Source: an uncultured virus (IMG/VR IMGVR_UViG_3300030117_005941) (taxonomy: Duplodnaviria > Heunggongvirae > Uroviricota > Caudoviricetes). From it: DNA of 20,000 nt. Positions 9,301 to 17,382 of the stretch are shown in pieces; the first letter of the stretch is position 1, and each line of letters starts with the position of its first letter. A program made the position numbers and the translations under genes. The notes under the pieces were generated by a model that saw only the letters and a list, made by a program, of their open reading frames with translations, was not told the origin of the DNA and did no database searches. The stretch spans positions 53,555-73,554 of the IMG/VR virus record IMGVR_UViG_3300030117_005941; one strand, written 5' to 3'.

Positions 9301-10058
9301 CAGCTGTATGTCCTACTGATGCTTTACCTTTAGGTGCTAGTTTAATGAATTTTAATTGGACACAATTTGATCCTAATGATTATGGTAATATAGGTCAAGG
9401 TGGTTGTTGTGTACCTGCATTAGTACATGTAGATTCTGCAGGACATCCTAATGTTTATACAAATGCAGGTACATTGTCTGCAGGTACTAATTTTGGTGAA
9501 CTTGTTCCTAATACAACTGGTCTTTCACAAGCAACAGCTGTTTGTAATACTGAATCACCTTGTGCAATTGAGGTAGGTCCTAATAGTAACTATTATTGTA
9601 ATGGAAATCCAACAACTACTATAGATTTTGATGAGGATGATTTTGAGCCAGATGATGATATAATATATAACCCACCTATTGATGAAGGATTAGTAAATGA
9701 ACAAGCTGACATTCCAACAGGTCTTGGAGTATATGTTGATTATGGAGAACCTTATAGAGATGTACAATGGGGTCAGGATCCTGACGCAATTTGGAGAGTT
9801 ACTAGCGTATCAGAACCTTATTCATCTACAGGAGAAGTACTTTATTTACCTACATCAACTGATGATGAATGTTATGAATACTCAATGAATGGACCATTTA
9901 TGCAAGATGGTCAACCAGAGACAAGAGTTACAAGTACTAGTGATAAATTTACAAATCCAAATAGATCTGTAAATCGCCCTATTAATAGAGATGTTCAAAG
10001 AACAATTAATGAAAGTAAAAGATTAAGAAAAGCTATTAAAAAAATATTTAAAAAATAA
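6366..10058 (+). CDS. Large acidic Cys-rich repeat protein with basic leader (..LLKEQ) and basic tail, 1230 aa
   Basis: About 15 canonical or degenerate GCTDxxAxNY...DDGSC units; leader MKKTILRRIRQKAHKLLKEQ; tail TINESKRLRKAIKKIFKK; no hydrophobic signal peptide. Confidence 0.85.
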   Translation: MKKTILRRIRQKAHKLLKEQKIFDQEYFSNILKPPTSPFDLVSKIPKPDKDQPYPFGNGIAVQCKNQQPAFELFYVVCQDGGDLGPQCECEQYEVTADWICCDGVDSFTNPGFVPYPGQSYAGDDSLYCMAAPGTPNTFENYKEALLQNAWIININFSNWIADGLLNFQSGPGDIPVVGTGYLSEECPGCMITQPAPLSGNNLDIANQQNMPDNLSMVHDGSCVFEWCNTPEADNYFCNSELASEDIAGINISFSDWCVPNEDGILVLDTAIGIVQEGELTECYVGGCTDNGTLTAEVWAAEYAGTTQTLGDGTGVLPDEYPGMPGADNYDPLATVDDGSCIYDGDEDGVFSFDEVDGCTDPSAFNYNENASEDDGTCVPIIYGCTDSLAFNFDEEANTLCEDPPNQINIDLNGNEEECIECIENLGGCTDNSATNYNPDATFDDDSCCYNPGCTDVNACNYSEAACFDDGSCEYESCLGCTIIGFNGDASGIGAYSAANSTTLSVPTIDYCVYSGCLNSEQNEDGSYVYENYVCNGDYAQFLCTSIDIDGDGAPDLGVPMSQESIDQYGLSMEPIGIFVDKGTCQLAPVLGCTNPDAENFNPDATEDDGSCEFILGCMENTTADWSLEPNGFIVTNYQPDATQNFGCNYVVCLDGNADNYVCDAEDGVPYLCLQNTGDPNQDLDDDFIDSIGATIEDCNYNDQNIFDASGTNTCCFNIIPGCMQGGNTITNPGNLTADNYDPNANVECVDPPNQEDNDTGLPCEPCIFSGCPDPTACNSIVGTNMFGLLGYEAWVYNDDGSCEYPDTCNDCDGNYLTDGCTDEAACNYDPTAECGPNDQLCDYGCYGCTDEAAANYDQLATMDDGSCEYDEMCWDITITQCNAAYLSFAYQIAELEGTRAPGGPDMWTNVTLRCVSIGYPSAATEIGPNAPDGEFGGNPPFVDGTSPNGLGEYVVYEGFTAQMEGGPGDDLGIPYVPAAVCPTDALPLGASLMNFNWTQFDPNDYGNIGQGGCCVPALVHVDSAGHPNVYTNAGTLSAGTNFGELVPNTTGLSQATAVCNTESPCAIEVGPNSNYYCNGNPTTTIDFDEDDFEPDDDIIYNPPIDEGLVNEQADIPTGLGVYVDYGEPYRDVQWGQDPDAIWRVTSVSEPYSSTGEVLYLPTSTDDECYEYSMNGPFMQDGQPETRVTSTSDKFTNPNRSVNRPINRDVQRTINESKRLRKAIKKIFKK
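6930..8969 (+). repeat. Intragenic array of GCTDxxAxNYxxxAxxDDGSC repeats, many with insertions
   Basis: Examples: GCTDPSAFNYNENASEDDGTC, GCTDNSATNYNPDATFDDDSC, GCTDVNACNYSEAACFDDGSC, GCTNPDAENFNPDATEDDGSC, GCTDEAAANYDQLATMDDGSC. Confidence 0.9.
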
Positions 10059-10061
10059 GTT

Positions 10062-10637
10062 ATGTTAAAAAAAGAGTTTAAACGTAGAGATGTAGAAAGA
10101 ATGAGAAACCTAATTAAAGGTGATGTTGGTTCTTCATCTGAAACTCAAATTGGTTACAATAAAAAAAGAATTGAATATAAAGAAGGAGACATTTGGACAG
10201 AAGGAAGAAAAACATGGACTATAAAAAATGGAATAAAAAAAACTGTATCAAAATTAAGTTCAATAAGAAAAGAAATATTTACTCCCTTATGTTGTCCTAA
10301 ATGTAGTAAAGTAATAAAACATCCTTTAGACAAGAGTAATTATAAAGTTCATAAAAAATGTCATGATTGTGTTATAGAATTTGAACATAAACTTAGAATA
10401 AAAGGTAAATATGATGATTATATAAAAAAATTAAAAACTAAAAATGCTCTTGACATAATTAATGAAACAGAAGCATATTTATTAGATATGGTTAACACAT
10501 CTAATGAAGGGTATGTTTCTGAAGATGGTGTAGTTGAAAAATGGGTAGGAGGTATTAATAAAAAAGAATTTACTAAAAAAATAAAAGATATTACCAAAGC
10601 ACGTAAAGAATACGTAGAAAAAGAATCAAATGGATAA
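10062..10637 (+). CDS. Hypothetical phage protein with CxxC...CxxC zinc finger, 191 aa
   Basis: CPKC-x17-CHDC; KEGDIWTEGRKTWTIKNGIK; overlaps the next gene by 8 nt. Confidence 0.7.
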   Translation: MLKKEFKRRDVERMRNLIKGDVGSSSETQIGYNKKRIEYKEGDIWTEGRKTWTIKNGIKKTVSKLSSIRKEIFTPLCCPKCSKVIKHPLDKSNYKVHKKCHDCVIEFEHKLRIKGKYDDYIKKLKTKNALDIINETEAYLLDMVNTSNEGYVSEDGVVEKWVGGINKKEFTKKIKDITKARKEYVEKESNG

Positions 10638-11898
10638 GTTAAAAGAATATATTATAGAACTTATACAAGAATATACAGGTACTGGAGCTGGTGGAGGAAA
10701 CGCTACTGATGGTAATGATATAACTTCTCCTAGACCTTTTGCAGATGATATGTCTGAAATAGAAAATTATATCTTTAAAAACGTTTATGGAGGAGAAGGA
10801 GGACATTATAGAAAAGATCAATATAATGGAAACTACCCTAACAGACATAAAACAACTATGTTTGAAAATGAAGATCAAGTAAGAGAATACATAAGAAATG
10901 AAATAAGAAGTTATTATGGGGTACATGATACTTATGGAGCAAGTCCCCGTCAAAAAAGAAATTTAAGTGGATTTATAGGGGTACAAGAACAAATGGATCC
11001 TGGTAAACAAGCAGAATTTACAAGAAGAAAAATAGATCTTCAAAAAGATTTAGCACAAGTTGATATAGAAATGACTAGAGAACAATTAAAAGCTATTAGT
11101 GCACAAACACAACAAGCAACAAGTCAAATATCTCAACAAATTGCCCAAACAGAACAACAATTACAAGATGCAATTCAACAAAAAAGAGATCAAACAAAAC
11201 AAATAATAGATGTAGAAAGAGAAATATCTGACTTAGAAGAAGATGAAGAAATTACACCAGATTTAAAAAAGAAAAGAAGAGAAGAATTAGATAAAGAATT
11301 ATCAACAGCAAGAGGCTCTCTTGAAGGAGTTAAAGACCAAATTATACAATTTAAAAAAACAAAAGATCAACTATTCGGTCAACAAGCTCAAAATTCAGCT
11401 AATGCTTCTCAACAAGTAAAACAAATTAGGGACCAAATAAGACAACAAACTAAAGCCATGAATTCAATAGGAAAAACACAACCAGGACAAACAATGCGAG
11501 AATATTTTAAAGATACCCAAAGTAACTTAATGGAAAGAATGGATTCTTATAGAAAAGAAGCTAAAAGAAACATTCTTATGGAAGGAGTTATGAAAACATT
11601 TTTTGAAATGTTTGATAATGGTATGACAAATGAAGAAATAATTCAAGATTATGCTTCAAAAGGAACCCAAGTTCCTGAAACTTTTGTAGGTACTGCTAGA
11701 AAACAGTATGAAACTTATAAAAAGATGAAATTAGAACTAGACATGAGTGAAAAAGAATTTAAAAATTCAGCTAAAGAAATAGTAAATAATCCTGAAATGA
11801 TGGAACGAGACTCAGAAGAAAAACAATTAGCTTCAGGGCTTTTTAAAGAAGAAATATTAAAAAAACAAATAATAAAAGAACTTAATAAAATAAAATAA
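10630..11898 (+). CDS. Coiled-coil protein with multiple x-x-Glu sites (candidate prohead core/internal protein), 422 aa
   Basis: Leader MDKLKEYIIELIQE; Gln-rich heptad region 10990-11502; basic tail ILKKQIIKELNKIK; no Cys. Confidence 0.65.
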   Translation: MDKLKEYIIELIQEYTGTGAGGGNATDGNDITSPRPFADDMSEIENYIFKNVYGGEGGHYRKDQYNGNYPNRHKTTMFENEDQVREYIRNEIRSYYGVHDTYGASPRQKRNLSGFIGVQEQMDPGKQAEFTRRKIDLQKDLAQVDIEMTREQLKAISAQTQQATSQISQQIAQTEQQLQDAIQQKRDQTKQIIDVEREISDLEEDEEITPDLKKKRREELDKELSTARGSLEGVKDQIIQFKKTKDQLFGQQAQNSANASQQVKQIRDQIRQQTKAMNSIGKTQPGQTMREYFKDTQSNLMERMDSYRKEAKRNILMEGVMKTFFEMFDNGMTNEEIIQDYASKGTQVPETFVGTARKQYETYKKMKLELDMSEKEFKNSAKEIVNNPEMMERDSEEKQLASGLFKEEILKKQIIKELNKIK

Positions 11899-11899
11899 G

Positions 11900-12166
11900 A
11901 TGGGGAAAACAGCAACAACAGTATCAGCAAGTGTTACTTATACAGCAAGTGCTGGAGATACAATAACAAGAATATATGCACCTGCAGCTGCAACTTTAGC
12001 TAGTGTTGAATTTGGACAAAATCAAAATCCATATAGTGCAGATGCAATAACAAGTCGAGTAGCTACAATAGCAATACCTGCAGGAACATATTTAGAAGGA
12101 CCTATAGTTCAATTTAAAAATAATGATCCTAGTAATATAGTATTAGTATATCTTGATCAAAAATAA
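11900..12166 (+). CDS. Small beta-rich hypothetical protein, possibly structural, 88 aa
   Basis: Ala/Thr/Val-rich; IPAGTYLEG; its stop overlaps the next start (TAATG). Confidence 0.6.
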   Translation: MGKTATTVSASVTYTASAGDTITRIYAPAAATLASVEFGQNQNPYSADAITSRVATIAIPAGTYLEGPIVQFKNNDPSNIVLVYLDQK

Positions 12167-12609
12167 TGATGAATATTAAAAAAGTAATAAGACGATTAGT
12201 AGAAGCTGAGGTAACTAAAAGGTACCCTATGCCTCCTGAAATTAAGGATGCATTAGAAAATAAACTTAAAATAAATCCTATACCTCGTTTTGTAAATAAC
12301 TTAAAAGCAGTTAATTCTATTCCTGCTTCTTATAGAATATTTTTACATAATAATCAGTTTTTTGATATAATTTATGAAGAATTTTCATTAATGGTTAAAA
12401 TAGGAACTAAAGAATATTACTTAGCAGACTTACAAGAAAGAAATAATGCTATAAAAGACATAAATAGACTATTAACAGGTCCTATTATGAAAAAACAAGG
12501 AGAAGAAGAAGAAGCATCTCCAAAAGGAGGAGGAGCTCCTTCACCCCCATCATTACCAACTATACCGCCCCCACCACCACCACCAACCCCTGATGAACCT
12601 GAAGCATAA
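12166..12609 (+). CDS. Hypothetical protein with basic leader (..RLVE) and Pro-rich C-terminus, 147 aa
   Basis: MMNIKKVIRRLVEAE; C-terminal EEEEASPKGGGAPSPPSLPTIPPPPPPPTPDEPEA; TAATG coupling at both ends. Confidence 0.7.
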   Translation: MMNIKKVIRRLVEAEVTKRYPMPPEIKDALENKLKINPIPRFVNNLKAVNSIPASYRIFLHNNQFFDIIYEEFSLMVKIGTKEYYLADLQERNNAIKDINRLLTGPIMKKQGEEEEASPKGGGAPSPPSLPTIPPPPPPPTPDEPEA

Positions 12610-12986
12610 TGGAATATAAAAAAATATTTGGAGAATTATACAGTAATGCTAAAGAAAAATTTAGCATTAAACAACCTCCTAAACTTTTTTTAAAACAAGA
12701 CCCTAAAAATGCTAAAAATATATTAGGTCGTACAGCATACTATGATCCTGGAGAACAAACTATTGTTATATTTATAACAGATAGACATCCTAAAGATATA
12801 CTTAGATCTTTTTGTCATGAAATAATACATCATGTACAAAATGAAAGAGGTGATTTAGATGTAAGTGGTAATATGTCTCCAACATACGCTCAAGATGATA
12901 AACATATGAGAGCAATGGAAAAAGAAGCATACTTAGAAGGAAACTTATTATTAAGAGATTATGAAGATAATAAAAAATATAAATAA
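12609..12986 (+). CDS. Small zincin-like HEXXH metallopeptidase, 125 aa
   Basis: DILRSFCHEIIHHVQ (HEXXH) with a downstream MEKEAY third-ligand motif and an upstream TAYYDP...IVIFI strand pattern. Confidence 0.8.
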   Translation: MEYKKIFGELYSNAKEKFSIKQPPKLFLKQDPKNAKNILGRTAYYDPGEQTIVIFITDRHPKDILRSFCHEIIHHVQNERGDLDVSGNMSPTYAQDDKHMRAMEKEAYLEGNLLLRDYEDNKKYK

Positions 12987-15721
12987 TGGGGAAGTTTAAT
13001 TATAAAAAATGGAAATCTAAGTATCTTCTAAAAGAACAAGCAAATACTGTAACTTATTTAGGTTGCTCAATGTGTTCTGCTGATAATCCCTATTATGCAG
13101 GTATGCAGGTGTGTACTCCTACTATTCCTTTTACATTAAATACAGATGATATTGTAAATAACGATGATGGTTTTACTGATCCTTTTGTTTTAAATTTTGA
13201 TGAATATCTACCAGGTTTTGAATCTATAGGATATTATCATGATTATATGTTTCAAAATGTCGATATAGTTGGAACCCCTAGTATAGGATGTATTGGAGGA
13301 GGTGATGGTTATAATCCTTATGGTTGTACAGATCCTAATGCATATAATTATGACCCAAATGCTGAAATTGATGATGGTTCATGTGATTCACAACTACCAG
13401 ACGAACCTTGTCCTCCACTTGAAATTATAGCACAACCAGATTTTATATCTGAAAATCCTACTACATTTAATTGGACAGGAGGATGTCCTAATTTACCTAT
13501 ATATGCTACTTTTAGTGGTGCAGGAGCAGGACAAATAAATGTAAATTGGGAAGCAGGAGGACAATATATCCCAAACACAGGAGAATTTACATGGAATTTA
13601 CCCTGTGAGGAATTAACAGTAGGTATGGAATATTTTTACTACATAGCACAAGTAGTTGATGAAAATGTAGCATATGGTTCAGATAACATTTATAACATGA
13701 ATGGGGACGAACAAGGAGGTTATGGTTTTTATCTTTATTCTAATAATACTTTAGGAACAATATATATTGACCCAATTTTATGTCCTGATCAAAGTGGTTG
13801 TACAGATGAAAATGCTGAAAATTATAACCCTGAAGCTACATATGATGATGGTTCATGTGAATATCGTCCTGTAGTTGGTTGTACTGACGAAACAGCTATA
13901 AATTATGATGAAGGAGCTGTTGAAGATGATGGAAGTTGTGTATATCCTGAACCCGGATGTACAGATGAAAATGCAATCAATTATAATCCAGAAGCAGGTA
14001 TAGATGATGGATCTTGTGAATATGAAGGTTGTACTGATGAAAATGCAACTAATTATGATGAAACTGCTAATGTAGATGATGGTTCTTGTGTTTACCCTGT
14101 ACCTGGATGTACAGAAGAAGGTGCATGTAATTATGATGAAAATGCTGAAGTAAATGATGGAAGTTGTGAGTATGAATCATGTGCAGGTTGTATGGATAAT
14201 TCAACATATTTTAATATAGAAACTCAACAAGAAGAATTAATAGCTGTTAATTATGACCCAGAAGCTACACTTCCAGGTCCTTGTCAAGGATGTGCTGATC
14301 AACAATCAGATAATGCTAGTTTTATTAGTGTATCACAAAACTTTGCAGTTGGTTCAGGTAATGCTAATCAATTATATATTGATGTTCTTCCTGAAGGATG
14401 GAACACAACAGAACTATGGACAAATTTTGATTATGGTTGTCTTGATTGTTGTGTTTATTCAGGATGTTCAGATCCAGAAGCAGATAACTTTTGGCCAATG
14501 GCAGATCCTAATAATCAACCAACTACTTATGGAGCAACATGGACATTTATAGATGATGGTAGTTGTGAATATACAATACCAGGTTGTACAGACCCACAAG
14601 CAGGAAATTATAACCCAGATGCTACAGTAGATGATGGTACATGTAATTATTTTACTACGGGTGATCCTATAGAAGGTTGTACAGATGAAAGTGCTGACAA
14701 TTACAATGAAGAAGCTACTCAAGATGATGGTTCTTGTGAATATACAGTATTTACATGTGAAACCCTTACTAGTGGCACACCTGCTCAAATTATTTCTGAA
14801 GAATGTACTGAATCAATAAGTTCAGAACCTGCAGACGGAGAAACAACTTTTACTACTTTAGAATCTTGTCAAGATATTACAGGATGTGTAAAACCTGAAG
14901 ATGAATATGGGGGTTGTACAGATATTACTGCAACAAATTATGACTCAAATGCTAGTTATGATGATGGAAGTTGTGAATATCCTGAAGATCCTTGTACTCA
15001 ATTTAACACTTATGATGAAGAAGGTCAAGCACAAGCATGCTATATGACTTTTGAAGCACCTGTTTATGATCCATCAACAGGAACCGGTTTTGGTCAAGAA
15101 GTTATAGATTTCTTTAATGATCTTACTAATAATGGTGAATGTTGCCCTGAACAACCAGAACCAGAACCACGTTATACTTGTTTACCAACAGTAGGATCAG
15201 ACACTCAATATTGTGTAGAAGATCCTAATGGTGCTTTTACATCTGAATCAGAATGTAACGAATCATGTCCTGAAATTAATTGTGTTGTTCATCTTGATAC
15301 TATAATATGGCCAGGAACAGGATTTAATAATGCTGAAGAGTTTTGTGGTAGATGTGAAGTAGGAGGATATGAAGCAGCAGAAATGCAAATAAGTACTTCA
15401 ACAGGACAAATGGCTAATTGTGGTTGTTGTGAAGAAGTTGATAATACTAATTATGCAACAGATATGATTACAGGATGTGATGGATTTAATTCTATAGGTT
15501 TTCCTCAAAGTTTTAGAGATCTTATTTGTGAACAATGTGAAGATCCTAATTATGTGAATATACACTGTGAATGTTGTGAAGAAGGAGTTAATTATAATAT
15601 AGATGCAGTTACAGATAATCCAGACCCAGGTACTCCATCTTTTCCAATTAGACCTACACCTGATCCGGAAATAAATAGAATGCAAAAACTAGCAGGACTA
15701 AAAAATAAAAAAAGAAAATAA
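12986..15721 (+). CDS. Acidic Cys-rich mosaic repeat protein with leader (..YLLKEQ) and RMQKLAGLK tail, 911 aa
   Basis: 9 canonical and about 3 degenerate GCTD..DDGSC repeats; an Ig-like-looking insert (FNWTGG...IPNTGEFTWNLP...YFYYI); C-terminal CxxC...CxCC modules. Confidence 0.85.
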   Translation: MGKFNYKKWKSKYLLKEQANTVTYLGCSMCSADNPYYAGMQVCTPTIPFTLNTDDIVNNDDGFTDPFVLNFDEYLPGFESIGYYHDYMFQNVDIVGTPSIGCIGGGDGYNPYGCTDPNAYNYDPNAEIDDGSCDSQLPDEPCPPLEIIAQPDFISENPTTFNWTGGCPNLPIYATFSGAGAGQINVNWEAGGQYIPNTGEFTWNLPCEELTVGMEYFYYIAQVVDENVAYGSDNIYNMNGDEQGGYGFYLYSNNTLGTIYIDPILCPDQSGCTDENAENYNPEATYDDGSCEYRPVVGCTDETAINYDEGAVEDDGSCVYPEPGCTDENAINYNPEAGIDDGSCEYEGCTDENATNYDETANVDDGSCVYPVPGCTEEGACNYDENAEVNDGSCEYESCAGCMDNSTYFNIETQQEELIAVNYDPEATLPGPCQGCADQQSDNASFISVSQNFAVGSGNANQLYIDVLPEGWNTTELWTNFDYGCLDCCVYSGCSDPEADNFWPMADPNNQPTTYGATWTFIDDGSCEYTIPGCTDPQAGNYNPDATVDDGTCNYFTTGDPIEGCTDESADNYNEEATQDDGSCEYTVFTCETLTSGTPAQIISEECTESISSEPADGETTFTTLESCQDITGCVKPEDEYGGCTDITATNYDSNASYDDGSCEYPEDPCTQFNTYDEEGQAQACYMTFEAPVYDPSTGTGFGQEVIDFFNDLTNNGECCPEQPEPEPRYTCLPTVGSDTQYCVEDPNGAFTSESECNESCPEINCVVHLDTIIWPGTGFNNAEEFCGRCEVGGYEAAEMQISTSTGQMANCGCCEEVDNTNYATDMITGCDGFNSIGFPQSFRDLICEQCEDPNYVNIHCECCEEGVNYNIDAVTDNPDPGTPSFPIRPTPDPEINRMQKLAGLKNKKRK
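13796..14167 (+). repeat. Five tandem GCTD..DDGSC repeats, 72-81 bp period
   Basis: Unit starts at 13796, 13877, 13955, 14027 and 14105; codons are diverged but the protein consensus is conserved. Confidence 0.9.
15440..15593 (+). repeat. Copy 1 of a 154-bp ungapped inter-gene duplication (copy 2 at 16560-16713)
   Basis: Manual alignment gives about 30 mismatches in 154 (about 80% identity); encodes DNTxYATDMITGCDGFN...FRDLICxQCxDPxYVNxHCxCCEEGVN. Confidence 0.9.
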
Positions 15722-15722
15722 A

Positions 15723-16919
15723 ATGAAATTAAAATTAAAAAATATCATTAAAGAACAAAATCTTGGACCTGGACAAGGATGTTCTGATCCTGCTGCATTA
15801 AATTATGACCCAAATGCTAATGGTGATTCTCAATATGGTGCTTTTATTTGTCAGTATGATTATGGATGTGCTAATTTTAGTCAATGGGCACTTCAACTTC
15901 ATGGATTAGCTGTATTAAATGAACAACTTAATAATATACCTTTTCCTAATCAAGCAGCTGTTAATCAAGGATTAGCTAATGATCCTGTTGCTCCTAATGA
16001 AATGGAAGATTACATATGTAATGTTATATGTAATACTAGTGTTAACATAAATCCAGGACAATATTGCCCTGCTTGTTGGGCAGGACAAGGAGGTTTTGAT
16101 TTTAATAATCCTATGAACAGTTATAACATTGGGTTATCTATGTGTACATGTTGTCAAGATGTACCTATAGAAGGTTGTACAGATCCTACTTCAGAAAATT
16201 ATAATCCAGAAGCTTCTATTGATGATGGGAGTTGTATATATCCTACAACAAATTATTCATGTATGCAAGCAAGTATAGGAGGAGGTGTTATTAATGGTAA
16301 TTGTGTTTTAGATGAAAATGGTCCTTATAGTTCATTAGAAGAATGTGAAATGGATGGATGTTCAGCATGTATGAATATTGATTTAAATGATTATTTTGCA
16401 GATTGTGGTACTCCAGCTGGAACAAGTGATATATGTGCAGGATTTAATAGTGCTCAAGAATTTTGTGGTAGATGCGCAGTTGCACCTTCAAATACTAACG
16501 AATGGGCATTACAAAATCTACCATCACATATAACTTGTGATTGTTGTGAAGGACAGATTGATAATACGGGTTATGCAACAGATATGATAACAGGTTGTGA
16601 CGGATTTAATCACCCAAATTTCCCTCAAGATTTTAGAGATTTAATTTGTAATCAGTGTTTAGATCCTACTTATGTAAATGTGCATTGTGATTGTTGTGAA
16701 GAGGGAGTTAATTTTGAACCTGAAGGAATGCCATTAGCTCCTGACACAGCTAGTCCAGAAGGAATGCCTAGTCCAGAAGGAATACCTACTATAGGTACTC
16801 CTGATAAACCTAAATATCCTAAATATCAAAAGAAACTTTTAAAACAAAAACCATTTTTAAAAGAATCTATAATTAATAGGTTTAAAAAATTAGCAGGAAT
16901 AAAACCTGAAAAAAAATAA
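15723..16919 (+). CDS. Cys-rich mosaic paralog with leader (..IIKEQ) and RFKKLAGIK tail, 398 aa
   Basis: Two GCxD repeats, one NGPYSSLEEC module and three CxCC-ending modules; tail FLKESIINRFKKLAGIKPEKK. Confidence 0.85.
   Translation: MKLKLKNIIKEQNLGPGQGCSDPAALNYDPNANGDSQYGAFICQYDYGCANFSQWALQLHGLAVLNEQLNNIPFPNQAAVNQGLANDPVAPNEMEDYICNVICNTSVNINPGQYCPACWAGQGGFDFNNPMNSYNIGLSMCTCCQDVPIEGCTDPTSENYNPEASIDDGSCIYPTTNYSCMQASIGGGVINGNCVLDENGPYSSLEECEMDGCSACMNIDLNDYFADCGTPAGTSDICAGFNSAQEFCGRCAVAPSNTNEWALQNLPSHITCDCCEGQIDNTGYATDMITGCDGFNHPNFPQDFRDLICNQCLDPTYVNVHCDCCEEGVNFEPEGMPLAPDTASPEGMPSPEGIPTIGTPDKPKYPKYQKKLLKQKPFLKESIINRFKKLAGIKPEKK
16560..16713 (+). repeat. Copy 2 of the 154-bp inter-gene duplication
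   Basis: Aligns without gaps to 15440-15593. Confidence 0.9.
16750..16785 (+). repeat. 18-bp tandem duplication (SPEGMP/SPEGIP)
   Basis: ctagtccagaaggaatgc followed by ctagtccagaaggaatac; a partial third copy, cctgaaggaatgcc, at 16719. Confidence 0.85.
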
Positions 16920-16929
16920 TATGTATAAT
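16917..16929 (+). promoter_or_regulatory. Putative promoter element TAATATGTATAAT
   Basis: Identical to 398-410; 15 nt upstream of the holin ATG. Confidence 0.5.
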
Positions 16930-16944
16930 TAAAAATAAAACGTT

Positions 16945-17337
16945 ATGAAAGTGTTAAATAAGTTATTTTCCGGAGGAGCTAGTAAATTAGTTGAATCGGT
17001 AGGAGGTGTATTAGATAATGTAATAACCACAAAAGATGAAAAATTAGAAGCAAAAAGAAAATTAAAAGAACTAATATTAAGTCATGAAGCTGAAATGGAA
17101 CGTAATATAACTGACCGTTGGCAAGCTGATATGAATTCAGATAGTTGGTTAAGTAAAAATGTAAGACCAATGATTCTTATATTTCTTGTTGTCTCTACAG
17201 TTCTTATGATATTTATAGACGCAGGAACTATACAATTTACTGTTGAAGAAAAATGGACAGACCTGCTTCAGCTTGTATTAATTACAGTGATTGGTGCCTA
17301 TTTTGGTGGTAGATCATTAGAAAAAAGAAAAAAATGA
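16945..17337 (+). CDS. 3TM-type holin (GTA holin family), 130 aa
   Basis: RWQADMNSDSWLSKNVRP, then two hydrophobic segments (MILIFLVVSTVLMIFI; LLQLVLITVIGAYF), then YFGGRSLEK, the GTA_holin_3TM signature. Confidence 0.8.
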   Translation: MKVLNKLFSGGASKLVESVGGVLDNVITTKDEKLEAKRKLKELILSHEAEMERNITDRWQADMNSDSWLSKNVRPMILIFLVVSTVLMIFIDAGTIQFTVEEKWTDLLQLVLITVIGAYFGGRSLEKRKK

Positions 17338-17382
17338 CAATAGAAAAATTTGATTACAAAAAATGGGTAGTAGAAAATAAAT
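17328..17382 (+). repeat. 55-bp direct repeat spanning the start and leader, copy 1 (copy 2 at 18104-18158)
   Basis: aaaaaaATGacaatagaaaaatttgattacaaaaaatgggtagtagaaaataaat; 2 mismatches versus copy 2. Confidence 0.95.

Noticed and set aside
12526..12600. C-rich tract as a regulatory or foreign element
   Set aside because: Fully explained by the poly-Pro codons of the 147-aa protein's C-terminus.
13796..14167. Regularly spaced repeats as a CRISPR array
   Set aside because: The units are in-frame protein repeats with synonymous variation, not identical DNA repeats with unique spacers; no cas genes.
15440..16713. 154-bp repeat pair as a DGR template/variable repeat
   Set aside because: Mismatches are not confined to adenines, many are synonymous, both copies are coding, and no reverse transcriptase is in the window.
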